Shown: positions 11,614 through 20,693 of the stretch, piece by piece
Position numbering within the stretch: the stretch's first letter is position 1
Layout of the letters: every line of letters begins with the position of its first letter
Assembly: GCA_041685045.1 (NCBI GenBank)
Contig: JAWLGP010000004.1
Span: 114,065 to 178,064 of the forward strand
Direction: 5' to 3'
From: Gammaproteobacteria bacterium
GTDB lineage: Bacteria > Pseudomonadota > Gammaproteobacteria > Thiohalomonadales > Thiohalomonadaceae
Length of the DNA: 64,000 nucleotides
Notes under the pieces: model-generated
What the model was told of the DNA's origin: nothing
What the model saw: only the letters and a program-made list of their open reading frames with translations
The model's database searches: none
Position numbers and translations under genes: made by a program

Positions 11614-11786
11614 GGCATTCAAGGCATTCAACAGGATTAACAGGATTAACAGGATTTTTCAGGATTAACAGGAAAAGGCCATATTTGTTTCGGGTCGAGA
11701 ACATCAAACCTCTGCTCGAACAGTCCAAGCAGGTGGTTCTCGCATTATCCGATCCTGTTAATCCTGAAAAATCCTGTTAATCCTGT
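11614..11786. repeat. Hairpin repeat with arms made of CAGGATTAA 9-mers
   Basis: GGCATTCAA x2, then AACAGGATTAACAGGATTAACAGGATTTTTCAGGATTAACAGG (to 11672). The inverted arm is CCTGTTAATCCTGAAAAATCCTGTTAATCCTGT (11754-11786). The two arms flank an ~80 bp core between convergent genes. Confidence 0.8.
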
Positions 11787-11804
11787 GAAATAAATCCCTG
11801 TATT

Positions 11805-12494
11805 TCAGCCTCTCTCCGCGCTCTTTTTCGCTACGTTGTCGCGCAGATAGGTCGGCAGCGCCTGCTCCGGCGGCACCGCCGTCCCGGCCTTGAGCAGGGC
11901 CGCGCCCAGCACAGCGACCTCGCGGGCGCGGGGCAACGCCTCGCCATCCCAGCCCTCGACCGCCTCGCCGAGGCGGTGCTTCAAGGCATCACTGTGGGCG
12001 CCCCAGCCGGTGCCGATGCCAAACCAGCCTTCGCCCTGGGGCAGCGGCACGTGTTCGGGTGCGATCACACATTCCTCGCCGGCCGGTTCCATCACCCCCT
12101 CGGCGCCGAGTTCGAAAGCCCCCCAGTAGACTTCGCCCATGCGGGCGTCGATAGCGGCCAGCACCCGAGTGCGGTGGTGGCTGTCGTACGCCTGCTGCGC
12201 CAGCGCCTGCAGGTCGGAGACCGGCACCACCGGCAGTTCGGCACCGAACGCGAGCCCCTGCACCACGCCGACGCCGATGCGTACGCCGGTAAAGGCGCCC
12301 GGGCCGCGGCCGAAGGCGATCGCGTCGAGTTCACGCAGCCTCAACCCGGCCGCATCGAGCAATTCCTCCACCCGCTTCAGGATCAGATCGGCATGTTGAC
12401 GGGGGGCGATTTCAAAGTGCTCCCGGATCTCGCCCTCACGCAACAGGGCGGCGGAACAGGCTTCAGTAGCGGTGTCGATGGCAAGTAGTTTCAT
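11805..12494 (-). CDS. tsaB: tRNA threonylcarbamoyladenosine biosynthesis protein TsaB (YeaZ)
   Basis: Start trimmed to MKLLAIDTATEACSAALL... Contains ...AFGRGPGAFTGVRIGVGVVQGLA. Confidence 0.9.
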   Translation of the reverse strand: MKLLAIDTATEACSAALLREGEIREHFEIAPRQHADLILKRVEELLDAAGLRLRELDAIAFGRGPGAFTGVRIGVGVVQGLAFGAELPVVPVSDLQALAQQAYDSHHRTRVLAAIDARMGEVYWGAFELGAEGVMEPAGEECVIAPEHVPLPQGEGWFGIGTGWGAHSDALKHRLGEAVEGWDGEALPRAREVAVLGAALLKAGTAVPPEQALPTYLRDNVAKKSAERG

Positions 12495-12548
12495 GTAATG
12501 GCAGGAATGGCGCCCCAACCGGGGCCGTTTCCGGGTTTGGATGTCAGG

Positions 12549-13232
12549 TCAGAATCCATAGGACAAGCCGATGGCGATGACAGGATACTGGTCGAACTCG
12601 TCGAGTTCCTGCTGCAGACTGGCCTCCTCTCGCGCCAGTTCTGCCGCAGCACCGGAGGAGCCGGGGGCGGCATTGATGGCGTTGACCAACGACGGTGATG
12701 CGGCAAGATTGACGTCCGGCGCTCCCTGAAATACCACGCCCAGGTCCACGGTAACGCCAAACCCCTTCTTGCCGGCGTTGCCCCAGCCGATCCCGACGTA
12801 GCCGCCACTGCCGATGTCCACCTGCCCGGTCAATTGGTTGGCGGCGTTGAGGGTAACGTTTTGGGCGTTACCGATGTCCACCGTTTGCCCGGTCCCGTTG
12901 GCCGACAAGCCCAGTTCGCTGTTGCTGAAGACGTAGCCGGCCGTCACCCGGAAACTGCCTGCGAACGGGTGCCAGTCGAGCAAGGCGACCGTGCTCTGCA
13001 ACTCGAGGTCACCGTCGTAGTTGATACCGGCTTCCGTCTGCGAGTCGCTGTAGGTGAAGGAGTTGAAGCCCAGCCGCCCGTTGATCTGCGGAGTAAATGC
13101 TTTGGTCAGTTCGGCACCGAAGCCAAGCGTGCTCCCCTTGACCCCCACTCCCCAGTCTTCATCAGCCACCGCCGTCGATGTGACCGCCAAGGCAGCGAGT
13201 CCGAGGACCGATACAAACGATGTCTTGTGCAT
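12549..13232 (-). CDS. Small outer-membrane beta-barrel protein
   Basis: Signal peptide MHKTSFVSVLGLAALAVTSTAVA, an alternating amphipathic strand pattern, and a C-terminal ...GLSYGF aromatic terminus. Confidence 0.75.
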   Translation of the reverse strand: MHKTSFVSVLGLAALAVTSTAVADEDWGVGVKGSTLGFGAELTKAFTPQINGRLGFNSFTYSDSQTEAGINYDGDLELQSTVALLDWHPFAGSFRVTAGYVFSNSELGLSANGTGQTVDIGNAQNVTLNAANQLTGQVDIGSGGYVGIGWGNAGKKGFGVTVDLGVVFQGAPDVNLAASPSLVNAINAAPGSSGAAAELAREEASLQQELDEFDQYPVIAIGLSYGF

Positions 13233-13283
13233 ACCACTTTCCCGCCAATAGTCAGACAGCACGGCGCACGCATCATGCCGTGC

Positions 13284-15224
13284 CTAGTCGATCCCGGCAA
13301 GCGCTTCCGCATCACCCCGCCGCAGGGAGAAAAAGCGCTGCACCACCTCCAGCCGCCGGGTCTTGGTCATGGGCGGCAGGCTATCCAAAAATAACCGGCC
13401 GTAACCGCGGGTGCCGAGCCGCGGATCACAGAGCACAAGCACGCCGTAGTCACCACCGTCACGGATCAGGCGGCCGACGCCCTGTTTGAGAGTGATCGCC
13501 GCCTGCGGGATCTGGAACTCCCGAAACGGGTCGCCACCGCGCTCGCGCATGGCATCGATGCGCGCCTTGAGGACCGGATCGCCCGGCGACGCGAACGGCA
13601 GTTTGTCGATCACCACACACGAGAGCGCCTCACCACGTACGTCCACCCCTTCCCAGAAGCTGCCGGTACCGAGCAACACCGCATTGCCGAGCTGACGGAA
13701 CTGCTCCAGCAGCCGGGCGCGCGGCGCCTCGCCCTGGACCAGCAGCGGAAATTCCAGGTTGCCTCGCAGCCGGTCCGCCGCCTCGTTCAGGGCGCGATGG
13801 CTGGTGAAGAGCAGGAAGGTCCGCCCCCCGGCGGCCTCGATCACCGGCAAGGCGGCCTCGAGCACGGCATGGGTGTAGCCCGCCTCGCGCGGTTCGGGGA
13901 TCCCCTCCGGGACATAAAGTACCGCCTGACGGGCGAAATCGAATGGGCTTTCCCAGCGGCAGGTCTTCGCCTGGTCGAGCCCGAGCCGGCCGGTGAAGTG
14001 GCCAAAGTCGTCACCGACCGCCAGGGTGGCGGAGGTCAGGATCCAGGCCCGCGGGGCACTGTCCACCTGGGCGCGGAAAACCGCGTCGATCTCCATCGGC
14101 GTCAGATTGAGCGAGAACGAGCGGCGGTGGGTCTCGAACCAGTGAATAAATCCCTCGGGTCCCTGGGGCGCACTCAGGCGGCGGAAGCGGGCCTGATACT
14201 CCGCCGCCCGCCGGAAACATCCCTCCAATCCCTTGCCGCGCTCGGCCATCGGCTTGAGCACCGCCGACAGCTGCTCGATGCACGCCTGCACCAGTGCACA
14301 GGCCTCCGCTGCCGATTCCGCGACCTCCTGCCAGGGGCCGCGTCGTTGCGCCTCGCCCAAAGCCAGTCGCAAATCGCGTACCGCCTTCTCCAGTTGGTCG
14401 GCTGCGCGCCCCAGGTCGCGGCTCTCCCCTGCCTCCCGCAGGTCTTCGATGCGGCAGTCCCGCGCCAGCTCCAGCAGTTGATTGCCGGTCACCGTTTCAC
14501 CGAAAAAGCCGGAGGCAGTCTCCGGCAGCTGGTGGGCCTCGTCCAGAATGAAGGCGTTGGCACCGGGCAGGAGTTCGCCGAAGCCCTCGTCCCGCAGTGC
14601 CATATCGGCGAACAGCAGGTGATGGTTCACCACCACGATGTCCGCCTCCTGGGCGCGGCGACGCGCAGCGGCCAGATGGCAGTCGCGCAGGTAGTCGCAC
14701 TCGCCACCGAGGCAGTTGTCGGCGGTGGAGGTCACCATTGGCCAGACCGACGCGTCCTCGGGCAAGGCGTCCAGCTCCGCGATATCTCCGGAACGGGTAC
14801 GGCCGGCCCACTGCCGGACCTGCTGCAGTTCCGCCACCGTCCTGCGACTCGCGAAATGCCCCTCGGCCAAGGCCAGTTCGAGGCGATAGGGGCACAGGTA
14901 ATTGGCCCGGCCTTTCAGCAGCGCCACGTCGACGGCGACGCCGAGGGCCTCGCGGACCACGGGCAAATCCTTGTGAAACAGCTGATCCTGCAGGTTGCGG
15001 GTGCCGGTGGAGATGATCACTTTTTCGCCCGACAACAGTGCCGGCACCAGGTAGGCATAGGTCTTGCCGGTCCCGGTGCCCGCCTCCGCCACCAGCACGG
15101 AGTGCGCCGACAGCGCCTCGGCGACGGCATCGGCCATCGCCTGCTGTTGCGGGCGCGGCGCAAAACCGGAAATCAGTCGGGAGAAGGGACCGTCGGGTCC
15201 CAGAATATCGCTAGGTGACTGCAT
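13284..15224 (-). CDS. yoaA: ATP-dependent DinG-family (YoaA-like) Fe-S helicase
   Basis: 646 aa with Walker A AGTGTGKT, DEAH box (FILDEAHQL) and a four-Cys cluster (CPY...CLGGECDYLRDC). It is collinear over its full length with my recollection of E. coli YoaA. Confidence 0.88.
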   Translation of the reverse strand: MQSPSDILGPDGPFSRLISGFAPRPQQQAMADAVAEALSAHSVLVAEAGTGTGKTYAYLVPALLSGEKVIISTGTRNLQDQLFHKDLPVVREALGVAVDVALLKGRANYLCPYRLELALAEGHFASRRTVAELQQVRQWAGRTRSGDIAELDALPEDASVWPMVTSTADNCLGGECDYLRDCHLAAARRRAQEADIVVVNHHLLFADMALRDEGFGELLPGANAFILDEAHQLPETASGFFGETVTGNQLLELARDCRIEDLREAGESRDLGRAADQLEKAVRDLRLALGEAQRRGPWQEVAESAAEACALVQACIEQLSAVLKPMAERGKGLEGCFRRAAEYQARFRRLSAPQGPEGFIHWFETHRRSFSLNLTPMEIDAVFRAQVDSAPRAWILTSATLAVGDDFGHFTGRLGLDQAKTCRWESPFDFARQAVLYVPEGIPEPREAGYTHAVLEAALPVIEAAGGRTFLLFTSHRALNEAADRLRGNLEFPLLVQGEAPRARLLEQFRQLGNAVLLGTGSFWEGVDVRGEALSCVVIDKLPFASPGDPVLKARIDAMRERGGDPFREFQIPQAAITLKQGVGRLIRDGGDYGVLVLCDPRLGTRGYGRLFLDSLPPMTKTRRLEVVQRFFSLRRGDAEALAGID

Positions 15225-15247
15225 GATGGATATCCGATCACCAGGGC

Positions 15248-15757
15248 TTAGCGATCGGTCCGATTGTCCCAGACTTCATCGGCGATGGGTCCCTCCTCGC
15301 GCGTCCATGCCAGACGGCCGATGATCTTGAACTTGGCGACCGACATCGCACCGCGCTTGGCGCGGTTGCCGGACCCCTCCTTCATCTCCTCTTCGATGAC
15401 GTTCCGGTCGGCTTCGTGGATCTCATACGGCTCCAACGACTCGTCCATCAGCACCAGCATTACGCTGTCCCACTCCTGTTCCAGTTTCAGCTGACCGATG
15501 CGCTGGCCGGACCTCCCCTCATCGAAGATGGCGCGTCCCTTGATTTGAATGCGTTTGCCCTTGCGGGCGCCGCTGCGGCCGACGGCATCGTACCCTCCCT
15601 GCTGGGGCTCCGGGACCGCTTCCAGGTCCAGCAGGCGGCCGGCATCGTAACGGGCGATCTCGGCGGTGACCGGCAACGGCTGACCCGTGGCCCGCCGGTA
15701 CTCGGCCGCCAATCGCCGCGTTTCCGCCATCAGCTTGTCGACCGAATAGATGCCCAA
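15248..15757 (-). CDS. Hypothetical protein, possible PD-(D/E)xK-like fold
   Basis: 169 aa, ending 23 nt upstream of the helicase start and co-oriented with it. The pattern E(IARY)...GGYDAV...RIQIKGR resembles the E...D...(E/Q)xK nuclease core. Confidence 0.6.
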   Translation of the reverse strand: MGIYSVDKLMAETRRLAAEYRRATGQPLPVTAEIARYDAGRLLDLEAVPEPQQGGYDAVGRSGARKGKRIQIKGRAIFDEGRSGQRIGQLKLEQEWDSVMLVLMDESLEPYEIHEADRNVIEEEMKEGSGNRAKRGAMSVAKFKIIGRLAWTREEGPIADEVWDNRTDR

Positions 15758-15856
15758 AACACTTTCCCTTCTGCGATCGCCGAACTATACCCGAAACCGT
15801 TCCCACCTACGAACTATCGTACAATCGGGATTCAGGTCTTTGTCACAGGTCACGCC

Positions 15857-17419
15857 ATGACCATAGAAACCGACCGCCAGGACCGTCTGGTACGGACTGT
15901 GGCCGAGCAGCATCCGTTCGACCACTCCGCCGACGATCCGAAATTGATCGAGACCCACATCTCCTGGCTGCTGCTTGCGGGTCCCTACGCCTACAAGATC
16001 AAGCGCCCGGTGGACTTCGGTTTTCTCGATTACTCGAGCCTGGAACGGCGCAAACGGTTCTGCGAGGAGGAGTTGCGACTCAACCGGCGCACAGCACCGG
16101 AGCTGTACCTGGACGTGGTCACCATCAGCGGCGACCCGGAGCGACCGCAGATCGATGCCGCGGAGCAACCGCTGGAGTATGCCGTCCGTATGGTGCGCTT
16201 TGCGGAAGACGAGTTGCTGAGCCGCCGGCTCGCTGCAGACCGCCTGGCGCCCGAGGTCATCGACCAGCTGGCTCGCCGCATCGCCGACTTCCACGCCGGG
16301 CTGGCACCCAGTTACGACCATGGCCGGGCGGAACAGGTGTTCGCACCGATAGCCGACAACTTCCGCCACATCCGAAACCTGCAAGCCGACCCGCCTCCGG
16401 AACTGGCAGAGGTCGAACGCTGGACCCACGAACGCTATGCCGCCCTCGAACCGCGGCTCGAAGCCCGTCACGCCGCCGGTTTCATTCGTGAATGCCACGG
16501 CGATCTGCACCTGAATAACGTCGTGCTCCATCGGGGGCAACCGCTGCCCTTCGATGCCATCGAATTCAATGACGAACTGCGCTTCATCGACCCGGCCAGC
16601 GAAATCGCTTTTTTCAGCATGGACCTGGACGGGCACGAGCGCCCCAATCTCGCGGTCCGTTTTCTGAACGGGTACCTGACCTGGAGTGGTGACTTCGGGC
16701 TGTTGCCGCTGCTGCGGTTCTATCAGGTCTATCGGGCCATGGTGCGGGCCAAGGTGGCAGCGATCCGGTTGTCGCAGCACCCGGGCGACGAAGCGGCACA
16801 GGCGGAGTTTCGCACCTACCTGAACCGAGCCGTCCGCTACACCCGCTCCCCGCCCCCGTTTCTGCTACTCACCTGCGGCGTGTCGGGCTCCGGCAAAAGC
16901 ACCTGGGGCCGCGACCTCGCCATTCGATTCGGTGCCGTTCACCTGCGCTCCGACATCGAGCGCAAGCGTCTGTTCGGCCTGACCCCGGACGCCGACAGCC
17001 GCTCCAGCGTGGATGGCGGTATCTACACCAAAGAAGCCTCCGCGCGCACCTACCAGCGCCTGGCCGAGTTGAGCGGCCAAACCCTCGACGCCGGACTGCC
17101 GGTTGTCGTCGATGCCACCTTTTTGGAGCGCGGGCTGCGGGACGACTTTCGCGCGCTGGCCGAACAAAGGGGCCTGCGGGCGCTGGTGCTGTACACGCAG
17201 GCGGCCCCCTCGGTGTTGCGGGCCCGCGTCGAGGGACGCCTGCGGGCCGGGGCCGACCCGTCCGAGGCCAACCTGGAGGTACTGGAATCCCAACTCGCCC
17301 GGCAGCAGCCCCCCGGTGATGACGAGCCGGTGGTGGTGGTGGATACCGGTGCCGACCACGACCGGGATGCCGTGGTTGCGGAAATCGCGCTGTGGTTGGG
17401 CGTGAAGGGTGAGCAGTGA
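15857..17419 (+). CDS. Fusion of an aminoglycoside-phosphotransferase-like kinase domain and a P-loop (AAA_33-like) kinase domain
   Basis: Start at ATG 15857 (MTIETDRQDRL...). Has an APH/protein-kinase-like catalytic loop (CHGDLHLNNVV) and a C-terminal P-loop (CGVSGSGKST). Confidence 0.8.
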   Translation: MTIETDRQDRLVRTVAEQHPFDHSADDPKLIETHISWLLLAGPYAYKIKRPVDFGFLDYSSLERRKRFCEEELRLNRRTAPELYLDVVTISGDPERPQIDAAEQPLEYAVRMVRFAEDELLSRRLAADRLAPEVIDQLARRIADFHAGLAPSYDHGRAEQVFAPIADNFRHIRNLQADPPPELAEVERWTHERYAALEPRLEARHAAGFIRECHGDLHLNNVVLHRGQPLPFDAIEFNDELRFIDPASEIAFFSMDLDGHERPNLAVRFLNGYLTWSGDFGLLPLLRFYQVYRAMVRAKVAAIRLSQHPGDEAAQAEFRTYLNRAVRYTRSPPPFLLLTCGVSGSGKSTWGRDLAIRFGAVHLRSDIERKRLFGLTPDADSRSSVDGGIYTKEASARTYQRLAELSGQTLDAGLPVVVDATFLERGLRDDFRALAEQRGLRALVLYTQAAPSVLRARVEGRLRAGADPSEANLEVLESQLARQQPPGDDEPVVVVDTGADHDRDAVVAEIALWLGVKGEQ

Positions 17420-17562
17420 CGTGTGACGTGACGCGTAACCCTAACGAGTGACGCGTTACGGGTTAATCGTCACAGTTTAAGCGGAAACCTCGACTTCCAA
17501 CTTCTAACTCCTAACGCCTGGGCCTTAAAATACGCGGCTTTACCACGCAGGAGAACAGAACA

Positions 17563-18936
17563 ATGAATAAAGGACTAGGCATCGCGGTGGCCGGCTTCGG
17601 GGTTGCCGCTGTGGCGCTCACTACACCCTATTTTCTCGGCAGTCACGCCGAAAAGGTCATTCACCAGCCGGACGGCTTCGGTCATCTTCCCGCTGGTGTT
17701 TCCGCGCGCTCGGTGGAGTACCGGCGCGGCTGGTTCGGCGCCGATGCGGTCACCGAGGTTACCTTTGATCTGACCGACCAGGAACCCGTCACCTTTCAGC
17801 TGAACCACCATATCGAACACGGCCCCTTCAGCACGGGGGGCAACCTCTACACGGTCGACACGAAGCTACAGCTGCATGCCGACACACCTCCCGACGTGCT
17901 GGCACTCTGGGCCGACGGTGTACCCGCGCAGGCGCACACGACGGTCGATCTGAAAGGTGCCGCACATGCCGCCATCCGTATCAGCCCCGCCGCCCGTAGC
18001 GAAAACGGCGGCGGCTTCGAGTGGCGTGGCGCGACTGCCGATATCCGAACATCCGCGGACGGCAACCATGCGGTGTTCACGCTGGCGAGCGAAGGATTCT
18101 CCGGACACAAGCCGGACGGGCAGGTGGAAATCGGTTCGATTTCCGCCGATTTCGACATGCAGCGGGTCGGGCTCCTGTGGAGCGGCGGCGGTACTTTCTC
18201 CATTGCGGAGATCGCGGGCAGTGGCAAAACAGCCGATGGCGATACCAAGACGGTGCAGCTGACAGGGTTCGAAGTCCGGACCGCCAGCGAGATCGAAAAC
18301 GGCCTGGTCAATGGCAGCGTCACCTACCGCGTCGCCGATGTCGAGGCAGCGGGCGACAACTACAGTGGCGAGATTACCGTCGCCATGCAGAATCTCGATA
18401 CCGCGGTGCTCGAGGCGATACAGGCCGAGCAGGAGCGGCTCGCGGCGAGCGAGTTGTCGCTGGAAGAGCGCCAGATGGTGCTCGGCGGATTTTTCATGGA
18501 GCAGTTTCCGAAACTGCTGGTCCGCCACCCGAAACTGGTCGTCCGGGACCTCCGCATCGACACCCCCGAGGGCCAGGTTGGCGGGACGCTGGAGGTTCAG
18601 TACGTCAAGGATGAGCCGGTGCTGGCACCGGTCCCTGCCCTGTTGGGCGCTCTGGAGGCCAGTGCAGATCTACGGATCCCCGTCGCGCTGGCCCTCGCGC
18701 TGCCTCGGCCCTCGGTGGCCCGCCAAGTGGCCGCCTACGCCGAGGCGTCACAGGAAGAACTCAGTGAGGAGGAGTTTGAGCAGCGGGTCGACAATGTGGT
18801 CCGTCAACAGGTGAATTCAATGATCCAGGCCGGCTTCCTTCAGGCTGACGGAGACCTCCTCACGGTCAACGCCACCCTGAAGGACATGGTGTTGATGGTG
18901 AACGGACGCGACATGTCGGCCGTGGCCGGACTTTAA
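17563..18936 (+). CDS. YdgA/DUF945-like periplasmic or membrane-anchored protein
   Basis: 457 aa with an N-terminal hydrophobic anchor (GIAVAGFGVAAVALTTPYFLG). The length and layout resemble DUF945, but this is a weak family call. Confidence 0.65.
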   Translation: MNKGLGIAVAGFGVAAVALTTPYFLGSHAEKVIHQPDGFGHLPAGVSARSVEYRRGWFGADAVTEVTFDLTDQEPVTFQLNHHIEHGPFSTGGNLYTVDTKLQLHADTPPDVLALWADGVPAQAHTTVDLKGAAHAAIRISPAARSENGGGFEWRGATADIRTSADGNHAVFTLASEGFSGHKPDGQVEIGSISADFDMQRVGLLWSGGGTFSIAEIAGSGKTADGDTKTVQLTGFEVRTASEIENGLVNGSVTYRVADVEAAGDNYSGEITVAMQNLDTAVLEAIQAEQERLAASELSLEERQMVLGGFFMEQFPKLLVRHPKLVVRDLRIDTPEGQVGGTLEVQYVKDEPVLAPVPALLGALEASADLRIPVALALALPRPSVARQVAAYAEASQEELSEEEFEQRVDNVVRQQVNSMIQAGFLQADGDLLTVNATLKDMVLMVNGRDMSAVAGL

Positions 18937-18950
18937 TTGTTCCAACCAAC

Positions 18951-18975
18951 GGCGGCGTGAGCCCTTCACGCCGCC
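18951..18975 (+). terminator. Stem-loop after the DUF945-like gene
   Basis: GGCGGCGTGA (18951-18960) pairs with TCACGCCGCC (18966-18975). It is followed by GGTTCTTGTTG, a weak T tract. Confidence 0.5.
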
Positions 18976-19000
18976 GGTTCTTGTTGCCAGGGAGGCGACC

Positions 19001-19519
19001 ATGCGCACAGTGCCTGCCATTGTCGGGATTCTGACCACCCTTGCCTGCGGAAGCATCACCGCCGCCGAGATCGTCCCCCCCGAACCGATGCTCTCGGCCC
19101 ATAACCAGGTCCGCAGCCAGCACGGCATTCCCCCCCTCCGCTGGTCGGAACGCCTGGCGCAGGACGCCTCCGCCTGGGCGGACCACCTGGTCGAGCAGGA
19201 GTCCTGCAAAATGGTTCATAGCGACAGCGGCCAGGGAGAGAACCTCTTCTGGGCCAGCCCGGTGTACTGGTCGGAGCGCGATACCGCCGTGCAACCCGTC
19301 ACTCCGGAAGACGTGGTCGAGAGTTGGGCGTCCGAGCAGCAGGTGTACGACTACGCCCGCAATACCTGCCTCGGTCCCATGTGCGGGCACTACACGCAGA
19401 TCGTCTGGGAAACCACCACCGAGGTCGGTTGCGCCAAGCGCATCTGCCCCAACAACGCCCAAGTGTGGGTCTGCCGCTATTCACCGCCCGGCAACGTCGT
19501 CGGACAGCGACCCTACTGA
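19001..19519 (+). CDS. Secreted CAP/SCP/PR-1 superfamily protein
   Basis: Signal peptide, then HNQVRSQHGIPPLRWS, GENLFW, GHYTQIVWETTTEVGCA and VCRYSPPGN, which match the CAP signature motifs. Confidence 0.85.
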   Translation: MRTVPAIVGILTTLACGSITAAEIVPPEPMLSAHNQVRSQHGIPPLRWSERLAQDASAWADHLVEQESCKMVHSDSGQGENLFWASPVYWSERDTAVQPVTPEDVVESWASEQQVYDYARNTCLGPMCGHYTQIVWETTTEVGCAKRICPNNAQVWVCRYSPPGNVVGQRPY

Positions 19520-19670
19520 CGCCATGTTCTGACTCGCCAAAAGCACTGACGCAGATCGCCAGCAGGCACAGAATCGACTACTTTTCGTCGAGGGAGCCCT
19601 CGTTTAGCCCACCGGATGAGAGTAGGACTGTCAGAGCCCCCCTCGGCTCGAGGAAGGAGAAAAATAGGAA

Positions 19671-20693
19671 ATGGATGCCGAGTTGCCCGCGCGCCCCGCA
19701 GCGGTAGCCCCGCTGTTGTCGGTCGTTGTACCGCTCTACAACGAAGAGGAGAGCATCGGCCCCTTGTATTGGGCGATTGTCAGTGCCCTGGAAGCGGCGC
19801 GGGTGCGCTTTGAAATCGTCTGTATCGACGACGGCAGTTCCGACCAGACCTTCGCACGCGCCAAGGCCATTGCACAGCACGACCCTCGCCTGCGTATCGT
19901 GAAATTCCGCCGCAACTACGGTCAGACGCCGGCCATGGTGGCCGGGATCGAGCACGCCAGGGGGCGCGTGCTGGTGACCATGGACGGCGATCTTCAAAAC
20001 GACCCCCGCGACATTCCCGCGTTCCTGGACAAACTGGAGGAGGGATACGATCTCGTGGTCGGCTGGCGTCACCAGCGGCAAGACAAATTCCTCACCCGCA
20101 AGCTCCCCTCCCGCATCGCCAACCGGCTGATCGGCGCCGTCACCGGTGTCCCCATCAAGGACAACGGCTGCTCGCTGAAGGCCTACCGCGCGGAGGTAAT
20201 CAAGCGGGTACCCCTCTATTCGGAGATGCACCGCTTCATCCCCGCGATGGCGTCCATCACCGGCGCCCGTGTGGCCGAAATACGGGTGCGTCACCATCCC
20301 CGTCGATTCGGCGTCTCCAAATATGGCCTCTCGCGGACCTACAAGGTCCTGATCGATCTGCTGACGATCAAGACCCTGATCTCTTCCGCCTCCCGGCCAC
20401 TGTCCTGGTTCGGCCTGTTGGCGCTCCCGGCGGCTGCCGCCGGCATGGGCGCACTCGGTTTCACCGCCCTGTCGTTGCTTGGCGGGGGCAGCATCAGCCT
20501 CCCTATCGCGGGCAGCGGTATCCTTTTTTCGGCACTGGCCCTGGTTCTGCTCGGTTGCGGCGCCATCGCGGAGCTGGTCTACCTGACAGGTGACCTGCAG
20601 GTGCCTCGCCTGGCGCGCCTCACGGCGGTCGTCACATCGGAACACGCGGCACCGGAAGCCGCCGCACTACAGGGGGGATCCAGCTATGCATGA
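19671..20693 (+). CDS. GT2 glycosyltransferase, polyprenyl-phosphate type (ArnC/DPM1-like)
   Basis: VVVPLYNEEESI, DDGSSDQT and MDGDLQNDP (DXD), plus C-terminal TM helices. Confidence 0.85.
   Translation: MDAELPARPAAVAPLLSVVVPLYNEEESIGPLYWAIVSALEAARVRFEIVCIDDGSSDQTFARAKAIAQHDPRLRIVKFRRNYGQTPAMVAGIEHARGRVLVTMDGDLQNDPRDIPAFLDKLEEGYDLVVGWRHQRQDKFLTRKLPSRIANRLIGAVTGVPIKDNGCSLKAYRAEVIKRVPLYSEMHRFIPAMASITGARVAEIRVRHHPRRFGVSKYGLSRTYKVLIDLLTIKTLISSASRPLSWFGLLALPAAAAGMGALGFTALSLLGGGSISLPIAGSGILFSALALVLLGCGAIAELVYLTGDLQVPRLARLTAVVTSEHAAPEAAALQGGSSYA

Noticed and set aside
13284-15757. DinG-family helicase plus small upstream gene as a phage-defence module (Hachiman or type IV CRISPR-like)
   Set aside because: The helicase aligns end to end with housekeeping YoaA (Fe-S Cys cluster, same length) and sits in core-genome context. 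Only the small partner is kept, as a low-key finding.
17428-17473. GTGACGCGT(A/T)AC direct repeat and imperfect hairpin after the kinase-fusion gene
   Set aside because: It is short and imperfect, with no T tract. It could be a weak terminator or operator, but nothing distinguishes it from chance ACGCGT-containing palindromes.
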